The notes under the pieces are model-generated. The model searched no databases, was not told the DNA's origin, and saw only the letters and a program-made list of their open reading frames with translations. Made by a program: the position numbers and the translations under genes. A stretch of DNA of 25,036 bases from Actinomycetota bacterium (GTDB lineage Bacteria; Actinomycetota; CALGFH01), in NCBI GenBank assembly GCA_036395655.1, contig DASWDC010000054.1:1-25036 (forward strand), read 5' to 3'. Positions 17,932-25,036 of the stretch are shown here, piece after piece. Numbering within the stretch: the stretch's first letter is position 1; every line of letters starts with the position of its first letter.

Positions 17932-19020
17932 GTGGAAGGGGCGGAAGCGGTGGCACGAACGGTCGCCCTGGCAGGGGCAGCACATCCGGGAGCGGGGCAG
18001 CTCGCTCTGGCGCTGGAGGACGACCCGGCGGTCGAGCGGGTCCTCGCCTTCACCCATGCCGAGCTGCCCATGCTCGGCCCGAAACTGGAGGTCGTACCGG
18101 CGGGCCCCGGCGAGGAGCGCTTCGCCAAGACTCTGGCCGAGGCCGACACGCTGGTGGTGTTCCCGCTGATCGACGCGACCGACCGCAGCGAGGCCGGCCA
18201 GCGGGACCAGGTCCTGGAGGGCGTGCGGGCCGCCCTCCAAGGGGCCACAGGCGCGGCCACCGTGGTGCTGTGGTCCAGCGGGATCGTCTACGGCGCCCAT
18301 CCCGACAACCCCGTCCCCCTCACCGAGGCGCAGCCGATCCGCCCGAACAGCGACTTCGCGCCCGCGGAGCTGCTGGCCGAGGTGGAGCGCCTGGTGCTCG
18401 ACACCGCCGCCGCCGGCGGCCGCGGCACGGTGGTGCTGCGCGGCGCCGCGATCTGGGCGCCGCCATGGGGGACGTTCCTGTCGCGGCTGCTGCAGGCGCC
18501 AGCGATCGCTGCGGTGCGCGGCTACGACCCGCCGGTGCAGGGCCTCGACCCCGCCGACGCGGCCAGCGCCCTGGCCTTGGCGACCCAGGGCGGACTGAGC
18601 GGCCTCTACAACGTCGCCCCGGACGACTGGGTGCTGGCCAGCGAGGCCGCCAGGATCGCCGGGCGCCGCCGCCTGGAGATCCCCGAACGGGTCGCCTTCA
18701 CCACTACCGAACGGCTCGGCCGCGTTGGCGTGTCCAGCGCCGTCTCCGGTGAGCTGCACTACCACATGCACCCATGGGTGCTCGACAACCGCCGCCTGCG
18801 CGCCGCCGGCTGGGCACCGGGTTCGACCACCGCCGCGGCGATGGCCGCAGCCGGCCAGGCCCTGCCCGAGGGGATCCACGTCGGCCGGATCCAGGTGCGG
18901 CGCAGCGACATCTACCGGGGCGCCGCCGCCGGGCTCGCGCTGGTCGCCGCACTCGCCATCGCACGCCAGCGGCAGGCGCGCCGCTCGCCGACGCGCCGCG
19001 GCACCAGCGGTCCGTCATGA
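17932..19020 (+). CDS. Atypical SDR / NAD-dependent epimerase-dehydratase family protein with a C-terminal membrane anchor
   Basis: SSGIVYGAHPDNPVPLTE, VVLRGAAIW, GLYNVAPDDW and HPWVLDNRRLRAAGWAP. Hydrophobic C-terminus followed by an Arg-rich tail. Confidence 0.8.
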   Translation: MEGAEAVARTVALAGAAHPGAGQLALALEDDPAVERVLAFTHAELPMLGPKLEVVPAGPGEERFAKTLAEADTLVVFPLIDATDRSEAGQRDQVLEGVRAALQGATGAATVVLWSSGIVYGAHPDNPVPLTEAQPIRPNSDFAPAELLAEVERLVLDTAAAGGRGTVVLRGAAIWAPPWGTFLSRLLQAPAIAAVRGYDPPVQGLDPADAASALALATQGGLSGLYNVAPDDWVLASEAARIAGRRRLEIPERVAFTTTERLGRVGVSSAVSGELHYHMHPWVLDNRRLRAAGWAPGSTTAAAMAAAGQALPEGIHVGRIQVRRSDIYRGAAAGLALVAALAIARQRQARRSPTRRGTSGPS

Positions 19021-19031
19021 GTCCGTCATGA
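19010..19031 (+). repeat. Exact 11-nt tandem duplication containing the SDR stop codon
   Basis: gtccgtcatga at 19010-19020 and again at 19021-19031. Confidence 0.9.
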
Positions 19032-19072
19032 GCGGGTCGCGCTGAGGCCACCATGCTGTAAGAGGGATTCCG

Positions 19073-20116
19073 ATGAGCAGGGCGCTCGCGATTGACCTCG
19101 GCACCGCCAACACCCTGGTCTACGTCAAGGGCCAGGGCGTCCGGCTCACCCAGCCGACGGTCATCGCGCTCAACGAGCGGACCGGCGAGATCCTCGCCAT
19201 GGGCGACGAGGCCTACGCCATGATCGGCCGGACCCCTGGCCACATCGTGGCGGTGCGGCCGCTGCGGGGCGGCGCGATCTCCGATTTCGACACCGCCGCG
19301 CGGCTGCTCCGGCTGCTGCTGCGGCGCGTCGGCGCCGGCCGGCTGACCCGGCCGAAGGTGGTGATCTGCGTCCCGTCGGCGATCACCCCGGTGGAGCGGC
19401 GGGCCGTGCAGGAGGCGACCCTTGAGGCCGGGGCCAGAGCCGCCTACCTGCTGGAGGAGCCGATGGCGGCGGCGATCGGCGCCGACCTGCCGGTGCTGGA
19501 GCCGGCGGGCAGCCTGATCGTGGACGTGGGCGGCGGCACCACCGAGGCGGCCTGCATCTCACTTGGCGGGATCGTCGCTCACAACGCCATCCGCACCGCG
19601 GGCTTCGACCTGGACGCCGCGATCATCCAGCATGTGCGGCGTGAGTACGCGGTCACCATCGGCGAGCGGAGCGCCGAGGCGGTGAAGATCGCCGTGGGCT
19701 CCGCGATCCCGCCCCACACCCGGGGCCGCGGGGGCGACGGCGCCGACAAGGTCACCGACAAGGTCGAGGTGCGCGGCCGCGAGCTGGCCACCGGGCTGCC
19801 CAAGACCCTGCTGCTCGGCGCCGCCGAGGTCCACGAGGCGCTGGAGGAGCCGGTGGGGCAGATCGTGCAGGCGGTCCTGGACACCCTCTCGGCGGCCCCG
19901 CCGGACCTCGCCAACGACGTCCTCGACAAGGGCATCTTCATGACCGGCGGGACCAGCCTGCTGCGCGGCCTGCGCACCCGCATCGCCCAGGAGACCGGCG
20001 TCCCGGTCCATCTGGTGGAGCAGCCCCTCGACTGCGTGGTGCTGGGCGCCGGCCAGGTGCTCGAGTCGTTCGACAACCTGGCGCCGCTGTTCGTCGGGAC
20101 GCCCGGGTTCGGCTGA
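19073..20116 (+). CDS. mreB: Actin-like rod-shape protein MreB/Mbl (orphan, no mreC/mreD adjacent)
   Basis: IDLGTANT, VRPLRGGAISDF, EEPMAAAIGA, DVGGGTTE and GGTSLLRGL. Confidence 0.92.
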   Translation: MSRALAIDLGTANTLVYVKGQGVRLTQPTVIALNERTGEILAMGDEAYAMIGRTPGHIVAVRPLRGGAISDFDTAARLLRLLLRRVGAGRLTRPKVVICVPSAITPVERRAVQEATLEAGARAAYLLEEPMAAAIGADLPVLEPAGSLIVDVGGGTTEAACISLGGIVAHNAIRTAGFDLDAAIIQHVRREYAVTIGERSAEAVKIAVGSAIPPHTRGRGGDGADKVTDKVEVRGRELATGLPKTLLLGAAEVHEALEEPVGQIVQAVLDTLSAAPPDLANDVLDKGIFMTGGTSLLRGLRTRIAQETGVPVHLVEQPLDCVVLGAGQVLESFDNLAPLFVGTPGFG

Positions 20117-20167
20117 GACATCAGACGCGGCCGATGCACCTTATGATGCGTTGAGAGGCAGGAGCGG

Positions 20168-21193
20168 GTGGGAGCGGGAGGTCGCGTGCGGCAGTGGGTC
20201 CTGGTCGGCGTCGGTGCGGTGGTCCTGGTCGCCGTCGTGCTGACACTGAATTTCTACCAGCTCCCAGTGGTGGCGCTGTCGCCCGGCCCGGCCGAGGACG
20301 TGCTCAGCCGCATCAAGGTGGCTGACAGCACCCACGTCTACGACTCCAAGGGGAAGCTCTTCCTGACCTCGGTCGGGATCGACGACAACGTGCGCTTCTA
20401 CCAGGCGATCCTTGATTTCGCCAACCCTGACGTCCAGCTGCGCCCCCGCCAGGAGCTGTTCCCCAAGGGCCAGAGCACCCAGCAGGTCGACCAGCAGAAC
20501 GCCAGCGACATGGATGAGTCCAAGCAGACCGCGATGGTGGTGGCGCTGCGCCAGCTCGGCTACCACGTCGAGCCGCAGAGCGTGACGGTCGCCGCCGTGC
20601 TCAGCGGCGCGCCCGCCGACGGCAAGCTCCAGGTCGGCGACCGCATCCTGCGGGTGGACGACGCCGCGGTCAGCAGCATCAAGCAGGTCCAGGACACCAT
20701 CAGGCGCCACCACGTCGGCCAGACGGTCGCCTTCACGGTCAGCCGCCACGACGCCGCCCGCACCGTGGCGGTCGCGGTCGGGGCCGACGGGGGCCAGCCG
20801 CGCGTCGGAGTAGCGCTCCACGAGGACTTCGGCAAGCTGCCGGTGAACCTCTCGATCGACACCGAGGACATCGGCGGCCCCTCGGCCGGGCTGATGTTCA
20901 CCCTGGGGATCATCGACAAGCTCACCCCGGGCGACCTGACCGGCGGCCGCAGAATCGCCGGGACCGGCCAGATCGAGATCAACCAGACAGTCGACCCGAT
21001 CGGCGGGATCGACGAGAAGCTGGTCGCGGCCAAGCGGGAGGGCGCCACCGTCTTCCTGGTCCCCGCCGACAACTGCGCCGAGGCCAAGGCCCACCCGCCA
21101 AGCGGCCTGCGCCTGGTGAGGGTGCGCACCCTGACGGACGCGCTCGACTTCCTGCGGCCGAAAGCTGGCGACCCAGCGCCACAGGGCTGCTGA
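20168..21193 (+). CDS. PDZ-domain Lon-like (S16) membrane-anchored protease, YlbL type
   Basis: N-terminal TM helix, PDZ-like SGAPADGKLQVGDRILRVD, and Ser-Lys dyad motifs GGPSAGLMF and GGIDEK. Alternative start at 20186. Confidence 0.9.
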   Translation: MGAGGRVRQWVLVGVGAVVLVAVVLTLNFYQLPVVALSPGPAEDVLSRIKVADSTHVYDSKGKLFLTSVGIDDNVRFYQAILDFANPDVQLRPRQELFPKGQSTQQVDQQNASDMDESKQTAMVVALRQLGYHVEPQSVTVAAVLSGAPADGKLQVGDRILRVDDAAVSSIKQVQDTIRRHHVGQTVAFTVSRHDAARTVAVAVGADGGQPRVGVALHEDFGKLPVNLSIDTEDIGGPSAGLMFTLGIIDKLTPGDLTGGRRIAGTGQIEINQTVDPIGGIDEKLVAAKREGATVFLVPADNCAEAKAHPPSGLRLVRVRTLTDALDFLRPKAGDPAPQGC

Positions 21194-21212
21194 CGCCAGC
21201 GGGGGAGGCCGC

Positions 21213-21332
21213 TCAGGAGCTGCGCGGGCCGCCGCCGGTCGCCGCCAGGATCACGCTGCCAGCCAGCAGCGCGAACGAGGTCGCGATGATCAGGTCGATG
21301 AACGTTGCCGATACCCCCTTGACGTCCCGCAA
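21213..21332 (-). CDS. Unannotated 39-aa single-TM small protein
   Basis: Translates as (M)RDVKGVSATFIDLIIATSFALLAGSVILAATGGGPRSS. TTG start with GAGG 8 nt upstream, possible -10 TACCGT (21377-21372) and very high GC3. Confidence 0.45.
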   Translation of the reverse strand: MRDVKGVSATFIDLIIATSFALLAGSVILAATGGGPRSS

Positions 21333-21419
21333 GCGGTGGCCCTCGCCGGTACAGGCGACGGCGCGCCGAAAACGGTACGGGAGTCATACCACTTTGCCAT
21401 GGGGCCCCTGTCGACGCCC

Positions 21420-21461
21420 TGTGGACAGTCGCCTTCGCTCTGGCCGCCCAAGTGCTAGGGT
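21420..21461 (+). promoter_or_regulatory. UPF0182 promoter with an upstream DnaA-type box
   Basis: TGTGGACAG at 21420-21428 and extended -10 TGc-TAGGGT at 21453-21461. Confidence 0.55.
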
Positions 21462-21521
21462 CTGGCCTAGAAACACCCTGGTCCCCGCAACGAAACGTCG
21501 TGGAGTGAAAGGTCTGGTCAC

Positions 21522-24425
21522 GTGGTCGCAGCGCGTCGCCCTCCCCGCCGCTGGACGCTCGCCGTCCTGTTGCTGGCGTTCGTCCTGCTGGCCGCGGTCG
21601 GCAGCCTCTCCAGCTTCTATACCGACCTGCTCTGGTTCCGCGAAGTCGGCAAGAGCCCCGTGTTCTGGGGCCAGCTCCGCGCCAAGGCCATGCTCGGCCT
21701 GCTGGCGGGCGCGGGCACCGCGCTGATCGTGGGGCTGAACTTGTGGCTGGTCGAGCGGCTCGCGCCCCGCTACGGCCTCGCGGTGGTCGGCCGGCCCCAG
21801 GTGGAGCGCGCCCAGCAGATCCTCGGCCCCTACCTGCGCCCGCTGCGGCTCGCCATCGCCGCCTTCATCGGCCTGGTCGTCGGGCTGCAGGCGACCGGCT
21901 CGTGGCAAACCTTCCTGCTGTGGCGCAACGCGGTCTCCTTCACCGGCGCTGACGCCACCGACCCGCAGTTCCACCGCAACGTCGGCTTCTACGTCTTCCA
22001 GCTTCCCTTCCTGCGGGCGGTGTTCGGCTGGCTGTTCACCACCCTGCTGCTCGCCTTCCTGCTGTCCGCCGCCGCCCACTACCTGCTCGGCGGCATCCGC
22101 CCGCAGGCCGAGTCCCACCGCATCGCCGCGCCGACCCAGACCCACCTGTCGATCATGCTCGGCCTGATCGTCGCGCTGAAGGCCTGGGGGTACTGGCTCA
22201 ACAAGTACGAGCTGGTCTACTCGACCCGCGGGGTGGTGGCGACGGGGGCCTCCTACACCGACGTGAAGGTGCAGCTGCCCGCGCTCCAGATGCTGTTCTG
22301 GGTGGCGTTGATCTGCGCGTTGCTGTTCTTCTGGGGGGCGCGCAGCCGCGGCATCGCGGTACCGCTGTTCAGTATCGTGCTGCTGGCCGCCGTCTCGGTG
22401 ATCGTCGGCGGAGTGATCCCCACGGTCGTGCAGCGCTTCCGGGTCGCCCCGCAGGAGCTGCAGCGCGAGCAGCCCTACATCCAGCGCAACATCCAGGCCA
22501 CCCGCGCCGCGTTCGGGCTGTCGTCGGTGGACTCGCAGCCGTTCCCGGACAGCACCAACCTGACCGCGGGCGATGTTGAGGCCAACGCCAGCACCGTCGA
22601 CAACATCCGCCTGTGGGACCCGGAGGTGCTGCAGCCGGGCATCCAGAGCCTGCAGGCGGTTGCCCAGTACTACTCGTTCAGCGACGTGGACGTCGACCGC
22701 TACAAGGTCGCGACCGACCCCCAGTCCCAGGCGCAGTTGCGCCAGGTGATGGTCGCCGTGCGCGAGGTCGACCCGACCGGGCTCACCTCCTCCGCCAAGA
22801 CCTGGCAGAACCTGCACCTTGCCTATACCCACGGCTTCGGGATCGTGGCGACCCAGGTGAACACGTCAGCGAACCAGGGCCAGCCGGACTTCATCGTCCA
22901 CGACTTCGACCAGACCAACTCGCCGATCCCGATCGACCAGCCCCGCGTCTACTTCGGCGAGCCGCCCCCTGGCTCGACCGACTACGTCGTGGCCAACTCC
23001 AAGCAGCCGGAGGTCGACAGCCCCAACGCCAGCGGCGGCAGCAACACCGCGCCCTACCAGGGCGACGGCGGCATCCCGCTGTCGAGCTTCCCCCGCCGGC
23101 TCGCCTTCGCGTTGCGCTTCCGCGACATCAACCTGCTCATCTCGGGGAACCTGACCAGCCATTCGCGGCTGATGTTCAACCGCGACATCCGCGACCGGGT
23201 CGAGAAGGTCGCCCCGTTCCTGCAGTGGGACGGCGACCCCTACCCGGTGGTCGTCAACGGCAAGATCATGTGGGTGCGCGACGGCTACACCACCACCGCG
23301 AACTACCCGTACTCGTCGCGGATCGACCTCGGCAACGCCGCCCGCCGCGCCAGCGGCCAGCGTGGCGTCCAAGGTACCGGCAACTACATCCGCAACTCGG
23401 TCAAGGCCGTGGTCGACGCCTACACCGGCAAGGTGACGCTGTACGCCTTCGACGAGAGCGACCCGCTGCTGCGGGCCTGGCGCAAGGCGTTCCCCAGCCT
23501 GTTCGCCCCCAAGGCGAGCATGCCCGCCGACCTCACCCAGCACCTGCGCTACCCAGAGGACCTGTTCTCCATCCAGACCGAGCGCTTCGCCAGCTACCAC
23601 ATCGCCGACGCGGCTGGCTTCTACTCCAAGGGCGACTTCTGGGCGCTGCCGCAGGACCGCTCCGGCGTGATCGTCTCGCAGCAGAACGCCGCCCAGCAGG
23701 GGACCGCCGCCGGGCTGAGCCTCGCGACGAGCCAGGCAATGCGGCCCTACTACCTGCTGACCAAGCTGCCCGGCCAGACCGATCCACAGTTCGTGCTGGT
23801 GATGCCGTTCACCCCGAACAACAAGGAGAACATGGTCTCCTACATGGCGGTGGACTCCGACCCGCAGGACTACGGCAAGATCACCCTGTTCAGCCTGAAC
23901 CGCACCCGGCAGGTGTTCGGCCCGACCCAGGTGAACAACCGGATCCTGGCCGACTCCACGATCTCCTCCAAGATCTCCCTGCTCAATCAGCAGGGCTCCA
24001 AGGTGATCCTCGGGAACCTGCTGATCGTCCCGGTGAAGGACTCGCTGCTGTACGTCCAGCCGATCTTCGTGCAGGGCTCGGGCAGCAACTCCTTCCCGCT
24101 GCTGCAGAATGTCGCGGTCTTCTACAACAGCGCCGTCGGCTTCGACACCACCCTGACGGGCGCGATCTCGCAGGCGCTCGGTGCGCAGGTCCAGACGCCC
24201 TCCACGCCGTCGGCGCCCTCGACCACCCCGCCCGCCGGCCTCACCGCGACCGGCCGCCAGCTCCTGCAGCAGGCCAACCACGAGTACGCGCTCGCCCAGC
24301 AGTCGCTCAAGGCGGGCAACCTGGCCGACTACCAGAAGCACGTCAACAACATGGAGAAACTGCTGCAACAGGCACTCGGGTCCTCCACCAGCGGCGTCAC
24401 CACCACAACCACCCCGAAGGGGTGA
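21522..24425 (+). CDS. UPF0182 family membrane protein
   Basis: YTDLLWF, DPQFHRNVGFYVFQLP, ASYTDVKVQLP, NIRLWDP, DVDVDRY, YTHGFG, DGDPYPVV, NYIRNSVKAVVDAYTG and GNLLIVP. It precedes tRNA-fMet as in other actinobacteria. Confidence 0.93.
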   Translation: MVAARRPPRRWTLAVLLLAFVLLAAVGSLSSFYTDLLWFREVGKSPVFWGQLRAKAMLGLLAGAGTALIVGLNLWLVERLAPRYGLAVVGRPQVERAQQILGPYLRPLRLAIAAFIGLVVGLQATGSWQTFLLWRNAVSFTGADATDPQFHRNVGFYVFQLPFLRAVFGWLFTTLLLAFLLSAAAHYLLGGIRPQAESHRIAAPTQTHLSIMLGLIVALKAWGYWLNKYELVYSTRGVVATGASYTDVKVQLPALQMLFWVALICALLFFWGARSRGIAVPLFSIVLLAAVSVIVGGVIPTVVQRFRVAPQELQREQPYIQRNIQATRAAFGLSSVDSQPFPDSTNLTAGDVEANASTVDNIRLWDPEVLQPGIQSLQAVAQYYSFSDVDVDRYKVATDPQSQAQLRQVMVAVREVDPTGLTSSAKTWQNLHLAYTHGFGIVATQVNTSANQGQPDFIVHDFDQTNSPIPIDQPRVYFGEPPPGSTDYVVANSKQPEVDSPNASGGSNTAPYQGDGGIPLSSFPRRLAFALRFRDINLLISGNLTSHSRLMFNRDIRDRVEKVAPFLQWDGDPYPVVVNGKIMWVRDGYTTTANYPYSSRIDLGNAARRASGQRGVQGTGNYIRNSVKAVVDAYTGKVTLYAFDESDPLLRAWRKAFPSLFAPKASMPADLTQHLRYPEDLFSIQTERFASYHIADAAGFYSKGDFWALPQDRSGVIVSQQNAAQQGTAAGLSLATSQAMRPYYLLTKLPGQTDPQFVLVMPFTPNNKENMVSYMAVDSDPQDYGKITLFSLNRTRQVFGPTQVNNRILADSTISSKISLLNQQGSKVILGNLLIVPVKDSLLYVQPIFVQGSGSNSFPLLQNVAVFYNSAVGFDTTLTGAISQALGAQVQTPSTPSAPSTTPPAGLTATGRQLLQQANHEYALAQQSLKAGNLADYQKHVNNMEKLLQQALGSSTSGVTTTTTPKG

Positions 24426-24456
24426 CCGGACGGCCCGATCACCTCGCCAAATTGCT

Positions 24457-24486
24457 TTGCGGCCGGTTGGCGACGTGTGCTACCGT
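24457..24486 (+). promoter_or_regulatory. tRNA promoter
   Basis: -35 TTGCGG at 24457-24462, 18-nt spacer, and extended -10 TGc-TACCGT at 24481-24486. Confidence 0.6.
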
Positions 24487-24497
24487 GCGGCTCTCAC

Positions 24498-24574
24498 CGC
24501 GGGGTGGAGCAGTCTGGTAGCTCGCTGGGCTCATAACCCAGAGGTCGAGGGTTCAAATCCCTCCCCCGCCACCA
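24498..24574 (+). tRNA. Initiator tRNA-fMet (CAT)
   Basis: 77-nt cloverleaf with encoded CCA, anticodon CAT, three consecutive G-C pairs in the anticodon stem and an unpaired C1:C72. Confidence 0.97.
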
Positions 24575-24583
24575 AGCAGGTCA

Positions 24584-24619
24584 GAAGTGCTCCGAGGTTC
24601 TCGGAGCGCTTCTTCTTTT
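24584..24619 (+). terminator. Intrinsic terminator after tRNA-fMet
   Basis: GAAGTGCTCCGAG-GTT-CTCGGAGCGCTTC followed by TTCTTTT. Confidence 0.85.
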
Positions 24620-24657
24620 GTCGTCGCTTCGTGCCGCCAGTGCGGTCGAGGAGCCAG

Positions 24658-24834
24658 TTAGCGGCCAACTCTGGTGGTCGGGCGGTAGTTGGTCGTCTGC
24701 GGGCCCTGGAAGGGGCGGACGTGGCGGTGGACGTGGCGGTCGAGTGCGGCGCCGATCGCCCAGCCGATGATCGCAGCCGGGGTGAGGGCCAGGAGTAGGG
24801 CCAGAACCACGTGCAGGTCAGGCCAGGTCATCAT
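24658..24834 (-). CDS. Unannotated 58-aa small membrane protein
   Basis: Translates as MMTWPDLHVVLALLLALTPAAIIGWAIGAALDRHVHRHVRPFQGPQTTNYRPTTRVGR. Near-perfect RBS AAAGGAGGAG, one TM helix and a basic tail. Confidence 0.7.
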   Translation of the reverse strand: MMTWPDLHVVLALLLALTPAAIIGWAIGAALDRHVHRHVRPFQGPQTTNYRPTTRVGR

Positions 24835-25036
24835 CAACTCCTCCTTTCACTGCCGAAGGTGAGTACCGCGCCAAGTGCGCCTCGAATCGCGAAGTTGCCG
24901 ATTGGTGATCGAGACGAGTGCGGAGACAGGATTGTCAAGCTCGATCCTGCTGGGTATTCTACGGCATTAGCAGTAGGGCTCGATACGGCACGCGGACCGT
25001 CGCTGTCACCATTGCTCGTCATCTCGAGTTCGAGGG

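Noticed and set aside
24834-25022. 62-aa minus-strand ORF coupled (TGATG) to the 58-aa peptide
   Set aside because: Weak codon bias, no motif, and it overlaps promoter-like elements; more likely UTR or promoter, though not excluded.
24540-25036. att duplication of the tRNA-fMet 3' end
   Set aside because: No second copy of the tRNA 3' end is visible within the window.

Overview
High-GC actinobacterial chromosomal window. I infer the phylum from the uvrD2 ... M48 / DUF2342 / SDR / PDZ-Lon / UPF0182 / tRNA-fMet gene order, a TCGAAC-N4-GTTCGA LexA box and TTGTCCACA-type DnaA boxes. The left edge is an element junction that the ORF track missed: the N-terminus of a large serine recombinase (minus strand, runs off the window) abuts the 3' half of a paaK-like gene that appears split by the insertion. 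The interior holds a RibD/DHFR-family gene, uvrD2, two small Cys-rich proteins, a histidine phosphatase and an MFS transporter preceded by a terminator-containing leader. It also holds a hutH-hutU-hutI-formiminotransferase operon in which hutU lacks its expected stop, envelope membrane proteins, a LexA-boxed small membrane protein gene and a cluster of about 7 DnaA boxes. Three separate promoters each carry a DnaA-type box exactly 27 nt upstream of the -10 hexamer. An orphan mreB, two unannotated small membrane ORFs and tRNA-fMet complete the window. All homology calls come from recognising motifs by eye; no searches were run.
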